From assembly GCA_050259595.1 (NCBI GenBank), contig JBLNAX010000068.1, positions 3,905 through 67,904 on the forward strand: a stretch of 64,000 nt of DNA, in the 5' to 3' direction. This document shows positions 21,250-30,812 of this stretch, piece after piece. The DNA comes from Acidobacteriota bacterium (lineage in GTDB: Bacteria > Bacillota > Syntrophomonadia > Syntrophomonadales > DTU052). The notes below the pieces were generated by a model. That model saw nothing but the letters and a program-made list of their open reading frames with translations. It was not told the DNA's origin and searched no databases. A program made the translations under genes and the position numbers. Numbering within the stretch: the first letter of the stretch is position 1; every line of letters starts with the position of its first letter.

Positions 21250-21295
21250 GTAAGAAAGAAAGAGAGACCATATCCGGCCTCTCTTTGGATGTTAT

Positions 21296-21475
21296 TTACT
21301 TGGTTTTGGGAGTGAAAGTAGCACAGTCGGTATCCTGTGTATCGCCGGCATTAGGGGGCTGGATCTCTATTTTCGAAGCTGTGCAGTGGTCGCCATCCTT
21401 ATAGAAATAGCAGGAGTCGACAACGCATTTTACGCGGCTGATGGCATCATTGCTCTTATCAACACGTCCTTGCAT
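21296..21475 (-). CDS. DUF1540-like small Cys-rich protein
   Basis: ATG (MQGRV...) lies 7 nt after AGGAGG; the track ORF extends to 21556. The pattern VKCVVDSCYFYKDGDHCTASKIEI ... DCATF matches the DUF1540 Cys spacing. Confidence 0.6.
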   Translation of the reverse strand: MQGRVDKSNDAISRVKCVVDSCYFYKDGDHCTASKIEIQPPNAGDTQDTDCATFTPKTK

Positions 21476-21575
21476 GGGCGCACCTCCTTTCATCAGAAAA
21501 TATATTAAGATGATGCGTGTTTGCGCCGGTTTATATACATAACATGGCATAGTCAAGTGGACAAGGAGATCATAT

Positions 21576-22196
21576 ATGAGACTTATCCTGGTACGCCATG
21601 CCGAGTCGGTATGGAATGAGCAAGGTAAATATCAAGGATCGGCAGACATCCCCCTAAGTGAGCGCGGCAAGCGCGAAGCGGGAGCTTTGGCCGAGCGACT
21701 GAAGAGTGAGAAAATTGATGCCGCATATTCCAGCAACCTATCACGAGCCTATGATACGGCTAGGATCATTTCTGAGTCACATGGGCTAAATGTACAGGCT
21801 GTTCCTGAACTAGCCGAGATGAATTTTGGTGAATGGGAAGGGCTCACTTATCTAGAAATCAAGGAACGTTTCGGGGAAGAGAGCTTCCAGACCTGGATGC
21901 ATGACCCGGAACGGGTAGATATACCGGGCGGCGAGAAATTCGCGGATTTCGCGGACCGCATCGAACTGGCCATGGCCTGGATCGTGGCCTTGCATTCGGA
22001 TAATGAGACGATATTGATCGTAGCTCATGGTGCATCACTTATGGTATACGGATGCCGTTTAAACAAAGAAGCATTAAGCTGCTACCGGCGCTATGTCCAT
22101 CGCAATGCAGCATTTAGTATCGTAGAATTCCGGGGTGATAGTATAGTTTTTGAGGTAATCAATGATTTTACCCATCTGGATGGTTTTGAATCATAA
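21576..22196 (+). CDS. histidine phosphatase family protein (phosphoglycerate mutase / alpha-ribazole phosphatase-like)
   Basis: RLILVRHAESVWNEQGKYQG (RHG motif), SSNLSRAYDTA, and IVAHGA (second catalytic His). Confidence 0.8.
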   Translation: MRLILVRHAESVWNEQGKYQGSADIPLSERGKREAGALAERLKSEKIDAAYSSNLSRAYDTARIISESHGLNVQAVPELAEMNFGEWEGLTYLEIKERFGEESFQTWMHDPERVDIPGGEKFADFADRIELAMAWIVALHSDNETILIVAHGASLMVYGCRLNKEALSCYRRYVHRNAAFSIVEFRGDSIVFEVINDFTHLDGFES

Positions 22197-22255
22197 ATGC
22201 CTGTATCTGTAGTGTTATAATAGGCAGTAGGTGTCAAAAGAAAGGAAGATGGCTG

Positions 22256-23644
22256 GTGAAGCTCTGGGGAGGACGCTTTTCTAAAAAAACTGAAGGACTG
22301 GTCGATGATTTCAACGCCTCGATCAGTTTCGATTCCCGTCTGTATCCATATGATATCGAAGGCAGTATTGCCCATGCCTTGATGCTGGCTGAACAGGGTA
22401 TAATCACCCTGGAAGAAGGCGAGCAGATAGTGCAGGGGTTGCGGGCCATCAAAGAGGAAATAGATCACGGAAATATAGAGTTCTCGGTGGATGCCGAGGA
22501 CATCAGCATGAATATCGAAGCCCTGCTCACCGAACGTATCGGTGAGACCGGTAAGAAGCTGCACACTGCGCGTAGTCGCAACGATCAGATCGCTGTCGAT
22601 ACTCGCCTTTTTATGCAGGCTGAGGTGGACGAAGTTCGGCAGTTGTTGTTCTCACTTATGGAGACATTAGTCAAGCTGGCTGAGCAGCATGACGAGACTA
22701 TTATGCCCGGTTATACCCATTTGCAGAAAGCCCAGCCCATCACGCTGGGGCACCATCTGATGGCTTATTTCGAGATGCTGCGCCGAGACTGGGACCGGCT
22801 AAATGACTGCAGCCGTCGCATCGACTTTATGCCACTCGGTTCAGGCGCGCTGGCCGGGACTGGCTTTCCTATCGATCGTGACCTGGTCCGTAAGATGTTG
22901 GGTTTTGGCCACCTTACCCGCAACAGCCTAGATGCCGTTAGCGACCGTGATTACATATTGGATTTCATGGCTTTTGCATCGATCATGATGATGCATCTGA
23001 GTCGGCTCTCGGAAGAGATCATTCTCTGGGCTTCAGATGAGTTCAAGTTTATTGACCTCGACGATGCCTTTAGTACTGGCTCCAGCATCATGCCCCAGAA
23101 AAAGAATCCCGATGTAGCCGAGCTGGCACGCGGCAAAACCGGCCGAGTTTATGGCAATCTGGTAGCCCTGCTCACCACCATGAAAGGGTTGCCCTTGGCC
23201 TACAACAAGGACATGCAGGAGGACAAAGAAGCCTTATTCGATACCATCGATACCATAAAGAAATGCCTGGCAGTCTACACACCGATGCTGGAAAGCACCC
23301 GCTTTGATATAGAGCGGATGCGGGCAGCAGCAGCTTTGGGATTTACCAATGCCACCGATCTAGCCGATTATCTAGTGAACAAAGGCCTGCCCTTCCGCGA
23401 AGCCCATGCAGTAGTAGGGCGGATAGTCGCTCATTGTATCGCTGGATCCAAGGCTTTGGAAGATATGACAGTAGAAGAATACCAGACCTTTTCACCAATA
23501 ATAGACGGTGATGTTTATCAGGACATTGAACTTTCAGCCTGTGTGAACAAGCGCAGCTTGCCCGGTGGACCGGCTCCTTCGACCGTCAATAACGCCATCA
23601 AGGAAGCACGAGGGTTCTTAAAGGAGGCGACTCCTGGTGAATAG
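22256..23644 (+). CDS. argH: argininosuccinate lyase
   Basis: MKLWGGRFSKKT N-terminus, plus the fumarate-lyase signature GSSIMPQKKNPD. Confidence 0.93.
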   Translation: MKLWGGRFSKKTEGLVDDFNASISFDSRLYPYDIEGSIAHALMLAEQGIITLEEGEQIVQGLRAIKEEIDHGNIEFSVDAEDISMNIEALLTERIGETGKKLHTARSRNDQIAVDTRLFMQAEVDEVRQLLFSLMETLVKLAEQHDETIMPGYTHLQKAQPITLGHHLMAYFEMLRRDWDRLNDCSRRIDFMPLGSGALAGTGFPIDRDLVRKMLGFGHLTRNSLDAVSDRDYILDFMAFASIMMMHLSRLSEEIILWASDEFKFIDLDDAFSTGSSIMPQKKNPDVAELARGKTGRVYGNLVALLTTMKGLPLAYNKDMQEDKEALFDTIDTIKKCLAVYTPMLESTRFDIERMRAAAALGFTNATDLADYLVNKGLPFREAHAVVGRIVAHCIAGSKALEDMTVEEYQTFSPIIDGDVYQDIELSACVNKRSLPGGPAPSTVNNAIKEARGFLKEATPGE

Positions 23645-23921
23645 ATCGAAGTTCATGAACCCTGACGGGTCGGTAAATATCGGGCTTTTAGAAGAGTGGG
23701 CAGAGAACTACTATCATCAACTATTGTATATGATGAATCCGTTCCTATCCAAGCTCGATCCGGCTGAGACAATTGAGCGCCTAAAGGCCATGAACTTGGG
23801 TGATTTGGTTCATGAGGCTTTGGAGGATGAACCGGAGGAAGCACAGTTAATGGCAGGTAAGATCATAACTGACCTACTGCATGAGGAAATATCGTACTTC
23901 GAAGCCTATCTGGATAAGTAG
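23637..23921 (+). CDS. hypothetical acidic protein
   Basis: GTG start lies 10 nt after AAGGAGG and overlaps the argH stop. 94 aa, with no recognisable motif. Confidence 0.45.
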   Translation: MNRSKFMNPDGSVNIGLLEEWAENYYHQLLYMMNPFLSKLDPAETIERLKAMNLGDLVHEALEDEPEEAQLMAGKIITDLLHEEISYFEAYLDK

Positions 23922-23994
23922 TATAAACCTTAAAGGAAATAAATTCCTCCCGCAATCATAAGATGTTATATCCGATATGCTGGGAGGGATTTTT

Positions 23995-24276
23995 ATGTCT
24001 CACGAGTACTTCGCAGTGGTTATTATTCCCGTTATCAATGGGCTGGCAGAAGTCATGAAGCGTGCTGGTTTGCCTAATAAGTTTGTGCCGCTACTGGCAG
24101 TAGTAATGGGGTTAGCAGCCGGTATATTCCTCCGAGATATGGGAGAACCTATCGCACCGGCAATTATAGAAGGGTTGGTCATGGGTCTGTCGGCTGTTGG
24201 TATGTACAGCGGTACCCGCAATGTCCTGAATTGGTCCGGCAATGGCGGCTCCGGCAACGACACCGGGTCTATTTAA
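23995..24276 (+). CDS. small membrane protein, holin-like
   Basis: ATG lies after GGGAGGG (the track ORF starts at 23977). Two or three TM helices (FAVVIIPVINGLAEV, FVPLLAVVMGLAAGIF, IIEGLVMGLSAVGMY) and a Gly/Ser-rich tail. The holin call is by resemblance only. Confidence 0.4.
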   Translation: MSHEYFAVVIIPVINGLAEVMKRAGLPNKFVPLLAVVMGLAAGIFLRDMGEPIAPAIIEGLVMGLSAVGMYSGTRNVLNWSGNGGSGNDTGSI

Positions 24277-24341
24277 ATGGCTGGTTCTAACCATTGAACT
24301 TTTCTGTTTAACTTGTTAATATGTAATACGTACAATTTAAT

Positions 24342-24416
24342 GCCGATGTGGCTCAGTGGCAGAGCAGCTGATTCGTAATCAGCAGGTCGGCGGTTCAAAT
24401 CCGCCCATCGGCTCCA
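24342..24416 (+). tRNA. tRNA-Thr(CGT)
   Basis: Cloverleaf GCCGATG/CATCGGC acceptor, TGGCTCAGTGGCAGAGCA D-arm, GCTGA-TTCGTAA-TCAGC anticodon arm (anticodon CGT), GGTTCAAATCC T-arm, encoded CCA. Confidence 0.9.
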
Positions 24417-24427
24417 GTAAAATAGGG

Positions 24428-24457
24428 CCTTCCGAGACTTCGGAGGGTTTTTATTTT
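24428..24457 (+). terminator. rho-independent terminator after tRNA-Thr
   Basis: CCTTCCGAG-ACT-TCGGAGGG followed by TTTTTATTTT. Confidence 0.65.
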
Positions 24458-24517
24458 GGGGTTTGTACCCCAACCGTACCCCAACCGGAAATAAAAATTG
24501 CATTTACTGCAATTAAA

Positions 24518-25669
24518 TCATTTTTTGGTGCTTTCATTTTCATCTGGGATCTTGAGAACTGAACTGAGCCTCTCAACAGCTCGTTTTTTAAGCTTCTCTT
24601 TGACATGGCCATATGTATTTGCAGTGGTGCTCAGTGAGGCATGGCCCATTAGTTCTTGTATTACGCGCATATCCTCACCAGCTTCTAGAAGCAAAGAAGC
24701 ATAAGAATGGCGCAGCGAGTGGAATGTAATGTCTTTGTATTCCGGGTTTTCCTTTTCCAGCTTTTGAAGTAGAGATTTGAAATGCTTTGAGAGGTATTGG
24801 GGATCTACCATTCTGCCGTCTGGCCATGCAAAGACGAACCCTTCGTCAATATAACCGGTGCGGCATAGTTCCTTTTCTGCATCCTGACGGTTCTTATGAT
24901 TCTCTAAGATTGCCACAATATCTGAGGTTAGTGGAACAATCCGTTCGCCTTTTTTAGTCTTTGGGAGTTGATAAATAATCTTTGTCTTGCTAGGTGACTC
25001 AGGATCGTCATTAATGACTCTGCTAGCAGCTTCTCTGATTTCAATAATACCTTTATCCAAATTCACAAACTGCCAGCGGAGAGCTGCCAGCTCACCTACA
25101 CGTAGACCCGAACCAAGATCAAATAAGATCGCAGTGTACCATGGATCTTCTTGAATAGACTTAAGTAATTTGAAAGTCTGTTCAGAATCAAGGAAAGCCG
25201 CTTCCTTCTTTACTGGCCTCGGAGGAGTAGTTGCTAAGCAGGGGTTGCGGTATATTCTATCTTCTAAAACAGCCTGTTTAAGGGCTCCACTAAGTAGAAC
25301 ATGAAGGTACTCAATACTCCGAGCGGATAATGGCTGGCCTGTCTTCTTTGTTTTCTGTGTTTTCTTAGTGTTATAAAACCGTTGGATGTCAGAAGGTTGA
25401 AGATCTTTGAGCGGTATCTTATCGAAGTACGGTCTAATATGTATGCGGATTAATTGTTCGTAACTTCTACTGGTAGTAGGCCTAACATTGGTCTTATATG
25501 TTTCAAACCAGTATTGGACCCAAGCTCCAGCTGAAATTTGGCTAAAATCATGCATGACACCTTGATTATGCTGGTGTAACAAAGTCGTCATTTGTTTTTT
25601 CAACTCAGTTTTACTTTTGTTGTAAAGGGATTTGCGTCTTAGGGCGCCCGTTTCAGCATCTCGAAGCAT
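24518..25669 (-). CDS. tyrosine-type site-specific integrase
   Basis: C-terminal catalytic region [11 protein letters not shown] ... [40 protein letters not shown] (R, HxxR, H, Y), with an N-terminal SAM-like domain. It lies adjacent to tRNA-Thr. Confidence 0.9.
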   Translation of the reverse strand: MLRDAETGALRRKSLYNKSKTELKKQMTTLLHQHNQGVMHDFSQISAGAWVQYWFETYKTNVRPTTSRSYEQLIRIHIRPYFDKIPLKDLQPSDIQRFYNTKKTQKTKKTGQPLSARSIEYLHVLLSGALKQAVLEDRIYRNPCLATTPPRPVKKEAAFLDSEQTFKLLKSIQEDPWYTAILFDLGSGLRVGELAALRWQFVNLDKGIIEIREAASRVINDDPESPSKTKIIYQLPKTKKGERIVPLTSDIVAILENHKNRQDAEKELCRTGYIDEGFVFAWPDGRMVDPQYLSKHFKSLLQKLEKENPEYKDITFHSLRHSYASLLLEAGEDMRVIQELMGHASLSTTANTYGHVKEKLKKRAVERLSSVLKIPDENESTKK

Positions 25670-25795
25670 TATCCGGGCTTCATAACGCCCATCTTTGCGC
25701 TGGCGAATAGTGCCTTCGTTCTGTCCGCGCTTGTTTTTCTTATTTTCTTTATCATTTAATGAGTCTTTAATCCCGTGGTAAAAGGGGTCAAAGAA

Positions 25796-26086
25796 ATGGA
25801 AGAACTACGCAATTATTTGCTAGAAAAAGGGCAGATCGACCTATTTGAAAGCATTCTTGCCTTTTTTAATCACCCAACTCAAGCTGGATATGAATTAATT
25901 GCGGAACAAGCGAGTGCAGAAGCTATTTGCTTATACTCAGAGAACTTGCTGCCTTTGATTGATTTGTATAAAAGTGATAAACACAGATTCTATCAAACAG
26001 TGACTATGGGACAGGCTATCATATGGCAGGAAATACTGAAAACATACAATGCACTAAAGTTACTAGAGACCAAGATTATTGTATGA
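25796..26086 (+). CDS. hypothetical protein
   Basis: ATG (MEELRNYL) lies 8 nt after AAAGGGG; the track ORF starts at 25775. The 3' end overlaps the convergent 25993-26397 ORF, so only one of the two may be real over that stretch. Confidence 0.35.
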   Translation: MEELRNYLLEKGQIDLFESILAFFNHPTQAGYELIAEQASAEAICLYSENLLPLIDLYKSDKHRFYQTVTMGQAIIWQEILKTYNALKLLETKIIV

Positions 26087-26397
26087 TCTCCTCTTGCAGG
26101 CCTATAAATTGTATCACGTTGGTATAGCTCAAAATGATTTAAGATGATATGACCGAACATGCAGGTTGCTTCCCAACGATCCTCATAAGGTTGGGCTGGG
26201 AAAGCTAGCACAATTGAGTAACCCTCTTCTGTTTTGGTGCAATATGGGGAGGGCGAATCAACGTTGTCGTTGCAGACTAAAGATATCTTTTCTTGTTTGA
26301 TTATCTTCTCAATAGGAACCGGGGCTGCCTTTACATCATAGGTATTTATTAATCTTCTAGCGGTAGCTTTGGCCAAGTCCCTTCTTATAGTAATCAT
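25993..26397 (-). CDS. ImmA/IrrE-like protein with degenerate metallopeptidase motif
   Basis: The layout matches ImmA/IrrE (short N-terminal segment AAPVPIEKIIKQEKISL, then the core), but HExxH is replaced by CMFGHIILNH. The start was set to ATG (MITIRRD) 9 nt after AAAGGTG. Confidence 0.4.
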   Translation of the reverse strand: MITIRRDLAKATARRLINTYDVKAAPVPIEKIIKQEKISLVCNDNVDSPSPYCTKTEEGYSIVLAFPAQPYEDRWEATCMFGHIILNHFELYQRDTIYRPARGDHTIILVSSNFSALYVFSISCHMIACPIVTV

Positions 26398-26565
26398 ATC
26401 TATCATCACCTTTCGGAAGATACAATAACGATTCACTAAATATAAGGTAAATCCTGTAACACTAGTTTAACATCTCAAATTATAACCTTTCGGAAGCAAA
26501 CGTTGAGCTTATCATATTATTGTCTCATGAAGTTTAATGTTTGTGTGAAAATTCAGAAAATAGTA

Positions 26566-26594
26566 TTGACATATTTATGACCAGGGTGTATTTT
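26566..26594 (+). promoter_or_regulatory. candidate sigma-A promoter
   Basis: TTGACA, a 17-nt spacer, then TATTTT. It is followed almost at once by a hairpin with a T-tract at 26603-26637. Confidence 0.3.
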
Positions 26595-26815
26595 AAAGAT
26601 ACAACCTGGCTATTGCGCCGGGTTTCATTGTTTTCTTGGGTTCAAAAAAATGTGCAATTCCAATATCAATATGGTTTAACAGTATGTGGAATAACTTATA
26701 GCATGTGTTGGATGGCGATGAATGCTTTCTTATACCTTAAATATATATGGAGGCGTAAAAAGCCAGTTGCCGAAGAAGACTAAGAATCCAATACAAAATA
26801 ATAATTCAAAAGATA

Positions 26816-26844
26816 TTGACAACATAGGCTAATGGTATTACTAT
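26816..26844 (+). promoter_or_regulatory. candidate sigma-A promoter
   Basis: TTGACA, a 17-nt spacer, then TACTAT. A hairpin AGGCTTCGC-TAATC-GCGAGGCCT with a T-rich tail follows at 26863-26895. Confidence 0.3.
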
Positions 26845-27066
26845 TAAATCAAATATAAGACTAGGCTTCGCTAATCGCGAGGCCTTCTATGTTTATAACA
26901 ATTGAAAAAAATGCTCACTATTTTTTATCATAAATTAATGGATTAAGAACAGGAATAAATCCAGATCAAAATAGATAAAGGAACCAAGAGGCGCTTGCCC
27001 AACCAAAGGGCAGGGGCCTTTTGTCATATATTAAAGGTTGAAAAGTTTGAAGGGAGGTTATGTATT

Positions 27067-27216
27067 ATGCCATTTACTATCATTATTGCTATCATCGCTC
27101 GAAAACAGAGCACCATTTATGTTAATGTAAACATCTTCAAACGCCCAACTGAGTGGGTACAAAAGGCATTAACAGAATATGGTTGTGTACCTACTGCAGC
27201 ATATGTGTATACGTGA
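27067..27216 (+). CDS. small hypothetical protein (49 aa)
   Basis: ATG lies 9 nt after GGGAGG, inside the longer track ORF 26995-27216. The N-terminus is hydrophobic (MPFTIIIAIIA). Confidence 0.3.
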   Translation: MPFTIIIAIIARKQSTIYVNVNIFKRPTEWVQKALTEYGCVPTAAYVYT

Positions 27217-27283
27217 CGAATACTACCCAAATGTATTCAGAACGGTATTAAGTGCCCCGGCAAATTAAGATGGGAGAGGGGAC

Positions 27284-27934
27284 ATGCCGTGTATTGTTGC
27301 TGATATCCTACTCGACGTTAGTAACTGGGAAGTCGTTTCCCATAAAGAATTACGTGAAAAGCATGGATTGAACCGCCGTACACATTTTTGGGCTGGTCTT
27401 GGAAAAGAGGATAGGTTATACACATTGTATCTACTTCAAGAAACTGCTAGGGCTCAAGAAATCGGCAAGATCAAATATGAGATAAAAAATAACGCGGCTG
27501 CTACTTCACTAAACCGAGCAATTGTTTTTGTGCCGAATCGAAGAACTATGGATATCTTTGGCGTCGAGAGTCTTGGCTTGAAAGAACTTCTCTTACTGCC
27601 AGTGAATGCTGCCGCAATACTGAACACCTATAATGAGCCCCCAGTTCAGAATCAAATAAAGTCGATAATCGGACCCGCAAACCAGTGCAAATATATGTTT
27701 GCCCACTATGAAGACGACGAGTATTACTATACCGATTTGACTTTAAACGATCTGGTAAAAAGATACCACCTTGAGGCTTACTTTGGGTCATTGCATAAGC
27801 CAAAGAAAGTAAAAATAATTTGTCTGCCCGGAAATGTTCCGTTTTATAAAATGGAATACCCCGAAGCAGACATAGTATCAGTGCCGCTTGACTTGTTTTT
27901 GGCACCCCACGAGGCAGGTGATGTTTCAGTTTGA
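27284..27934 (+). CDS. hypothetical protein (216 aa)
   Basis: ATG lies after GGGAGAGGGG. No motif was recognised. Confidence 0.55.
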   Translation: MPCIVADILLDVSNWEVVSHKELREKHGLNRRTHFWAGLGKEDRLYTLYLLQETARAQEIGKIKYEIKNNAAATSLNRAIVFVPNRRTMDIFGVESLGLKELLLLPVNAAAILNTYNEPPVQNQIKSIIGPANQCKYMFAHYEDDEYYYTDLTLNDLVKRYHLEAYFGSLHKPKKVKIICLPGNVPFYKMEYPEADIVSVPLDLFLAPHEAGDVSV

Positions 27935-28330
27935 CATATAGAAGGTTAAGTAATAGGTAAACGGAGATATCTCTAAATCCAGCTCACATATTTAAGATCA
28001 TAATTCTTTTAACCAGACCGTCCCGTAACTTGAACCCACAACAGTGCCTAGCTACAATCCTGTTCCACCCTATGGTAATTTGATACCTGCATTTTGGCAT
28101 CCTTGCTTTGTTTAGGGACGCGTGTCTTATGCTGGGCATATTTAAGAAAGGAGATTTTCATTATGGACCACGATCAACTGTGGCGTATCATTATTACTTA
28201 CATAGTGGCAAGAATCCTGCGTTGGCTCGAACAAAACGGTGGGGGAGGGTGACCCTTACATTTTGCCAAGGTCATATCACGTTTAGGAATTATTGATGTA
28301 TATATAATTTTTGAAAGAGGTGCATTGGCG

Positions 28331-28561
28331 ATGACAAACATCAGAAAAGATTTAATAGATGAGTATGCTTTGGTAGATTGGTCTAAGGCCCCGGCGATGC
28401 TCAGGATCGATGAAGCTGCAAAACTTCTTGGCATAGGCAAGAAACAATTATATCAAAAAGCACAATGTAAGGGATTTCCGGTTGTTATTTTCGGGCGTCG
28501 TAAAGTCATTCCAAGAGATGCTCTAATGGAATGGATTTATGCACAGGCTTTTAGTTTCTAG
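28331..28561 (+). CDS. excisionase-family / MerR-like helix-turn-helix DNA-binding protein
   Basis: MLRIDEAAKLLGIGKKQLYQKAQCKGFPVVIFGRRKVIPRDALMEWI is typical of the HTH_17/excisionase fold. ATG lies 7 nt after AAAGAGGTG. Confidence 0.7.
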   Translation: MTNIRKDLIDEYALVDWSKAPAMLRIDEAAKLLGIGKKQLYQKAQCKGFPVVIFGRRKVIPRDALMEWIYAQAFSF

Positions 28562-28726
28562 ATCTGTAAGACAGGCGTCTCAACAAATTGTAGAGGCGCC
28601 TGTCTCGAAAACTATATCAAAAAAAGCAGATGGTACCGTTAACATTTCTTGCAAATTCGATTAACCGCTTGGTATTCGCTATTGCTGTAGTCTGCCACAA
28701 AAATTTAACAGTAATGATCACAAAGA

Positions 28727-29239
28727 TTACTTTTGCTTGGCCTCGAGTCTTTTGAAAGCCTTAGCAACTATAGAATCCGTAATATATTTTGGATTATAGG
28801 TTTTTATCTTTGATATTACTTCCTTTGCGCTATTTACTGGCAGGCCTCCGGATTCTGCCAAAATGCAAATTAGTTCAATCCCCCAAATTAATGGAATCCC
28901 TTCCTCCTCGCATTTTTGTCGTAAAGGCTTGTCATTTGTAACACAGGTCCACCCATTTTGTTTGGCCATAATTAAGCATATTTTATCCTCAAAAGATAAC
29001 GGACTCCGATCTTCTCCTGCAGCCAACGCGACCTGATCTAATTCTGGTTCAATAATCTTTATACCCCATTCGACGAATCGATCTTCGTTAACATCAGTCA
29101 CCTCATCAACGATGGGCGTAGGTAAATATATCTGACCTACATAGTTACATATCAAACTTAGTAATGAAATGTCTGTAACACAGAAATCGATCAGAACATT
29201 AGCATCGAGTATTAATAGAGAACTCACATTTTTCTGCAC
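28727..29239 (-). CDS. PIN-domain nuclease-like protein (DUF4411-like)
   Basis: Acidic PIN tetrad candidates: LILDANVLID, VDEVTD, SFEDKICL, CVTNDKPL. It lies immediately downstream of the XRE-ImmA/IrrE gene with a 4-nt gap. Confidence 0.65.
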   Translation of the reverse strand: MQKNVSSLLILDANVLIDFCVTDISLLSLICNYVGQIYLPTPIVDEVTDVNEDRFVEWGIKIIEPELDQVALAAGEDRSPLSFEDKICLIMAKQNGWTCVTNDKPLRQKCEEEGIPLIWGIELICILAESGGLPVNSAKEVISKIKTYNPKYITDSIVAKAFKRLEAKQK

Positions 29240-29243
29240 TTGC

Positions 29244-30392
29244 CTATACCCATGAAGAGACTAATTCTCTCATTGACCCAAGATTCATTCCTAAAATCTC
29301 CGCCCCTCGACTCATTGTAATTTTGTCTTTTTCGATTGCTTGCCTTACCAGCCTAGCTAAGCGATCTTCAACAAAGTAGGACGGTAAAAGCGAATTAGGT
29401 TCCTTTGAGCGCAGAGCTTCAGGTGAGTGTTGAAATTTATCTTTAGTTAAACCCTCTGGTTCGTCTTTAAACCCAAGGCTTTTGCCAGTTTTCGCTTTTT
29501 GGGCAGCATAAAACTTGCTCCATACCTCATTCCCATATTGCTCAGAAAGTCTATACAACACAGTCTTATAACTTACCTGGAATATGCCCTTAACTTTGTA
29601 TACTCTATTGACCAAAGGTAAGCCATAAGTCCCTTTCCACTCCGAATTAAAAGATTCTTCGGGCATAAGGAAATATGAAGCGAAGATATCAGCTTCCTTT
29701 TCTTCATCCATATTCTCAGTGCTCTCAACAATATTGTAAGAATCTAAATGTAAGAGTAGATGCCCTAATTCATGAGCAGCACTAAAAATCCATCGTTCAA
29801 CCGAAATACGTTCCCAAACATTTACGATAATTGCTGGCCCCCCCTCAACTTGGGCTACTGACAAGCCAAAGAAATCATCAGAGGCCAATACTAGTGGATA
29901 TACTTTTATCCCAGCAGATTCAAGTAAACCGGCAATATCTCGAATAGGGTCTTTGTATGATAAGCCCAATTTATGCCTAGCTTCTTTAGCGGCAAATCTA
30001 GATCGATCTTCACCGGCGGGGATAGAGGATAACTTATCGGCAAGTTCTTGAAGCCCATAATCCTTACTATCATTCAACAGTTCCTCTAAATAACGGAAAT
30101 GATCTAGCCACCGCGCTACCTGAATTAAGATGCTTTCTCTGCTGTTCATTTTCTTCAAGGCTCTAAATCTTACTTTTTCCATAGTTCGGACAGACACGAA
30201 AAGATCTTGTAGCTTGAATCCAGCTCCTGCTGCAATGTTCTGTAAAGTCGAGACTTTTGGAATTGATTTACCACTTTCAATACTACGGTAAGCTACCCTA
30301 GAAATCCCCGCCATATTGGCTATTTCCTCCTGAGTATACCCCTTTGATTCCCGTAGCCGCCTTAGATTCAGCGCAATAATATTTTGATCCAT
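29244..30392 (-). CDS. XRE-family HTH fused to ImmA/IrrE (M78) zinc metallopeptidase
   Basis: N-terminal HTH (LRRLRESKGYTQEEIANMAGISRVAYRSIESGKSIP). The central region has an intact HELGH motif (FSAAHELGHLLLH) plus a downstream EKEADIFASYFLMP segment. ATG is at 30392; the track starts at GTG 30401. Confidence 0.8.
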   Translation of the reverse strand: MDQNIIALNLRRLRESKGYTQEEIANMAGISRVAYRSIESGKSIPKVSTLQNIAAGAGFKLQDLFVSVRTMEKVRFRALKKMNSRESILIQVARWLDHFRYLEELLNDSKDYGLQELADKLSSIPAGEDRSRFAAKEARHKLGLSYKDPIRDIAGLLESAGIKVYPLVLASDDFFGLSVAQVEGGPAIIVNVWERISVERWIFSAAHELGHLLLHLDSYNIVESTENMDEEKEADIFASYFLMPEESFNSEWKGTYGLPLVNRVYKVKGIFQVSYKTVLYRLSEQYGNEVWSKFYAAQKAKTGKSLGFKDEPEGLTKDKFQHSPEALRSKEPNSLLPSYFVEDRLARLVRQAIEKDKITMSRGAEILGMNLGSMRELVSSWV

Positions 30393-30463
30393 ATTCACCA
30401 ACTCTTTAATGTTTTTATTTTATTATATCATAATTTCAGGATTTGAATACATGATAAGCATAC

Positions 30464-30492
30464 TTGCCACAATAAATATTCTTGTATATAAT
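30464..30492 (+). promoter_or_regulatory. sigma-A type promoter facing the Ubl-E2-E1 operon
   Basis: TTGCCA, a 17-nt spacer, then TATAAT. This would give a 5' leader of about 315 nt before the 30813 start. Confidence 0.45.
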
Positions 30493-30812
30493 GGTAAGTG
30501 AGGGATTCTAAATGCATTGTGAAAGGGGTGATGTGATATGAAAGGAGTAAAAAAGTAAGAAGAACATCCTGCCCGATGCTCTTCTTACGATGTCAATTAT
30601 GCAAATGAAAGTTGACAGAAGGTCCAAGGACCTACTATCTCGCCATGTCCATAGGAATTATCTTTGAGGCTTTCCCTAGACAGGCTTGTTTAGATACTTC
30701 GCTTCATTATAAATAATTCCTTCTGGATTTGTGCCTGGCAAAGAAAATTTTATGTTAATTGGGGATTAGGTTACCGCTATCGAAAAATACGTTATTAGGG
30801 GTGAATAGCTTT

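Noticed and set aside
26541-26783. An 80-aa ORF in the AT-rich non-coding stretch of the island.
   Set aside because: It has no Shine-Dalgarno sequence, it spans the predicted promoter and hairpin elements, and its composition is odd.
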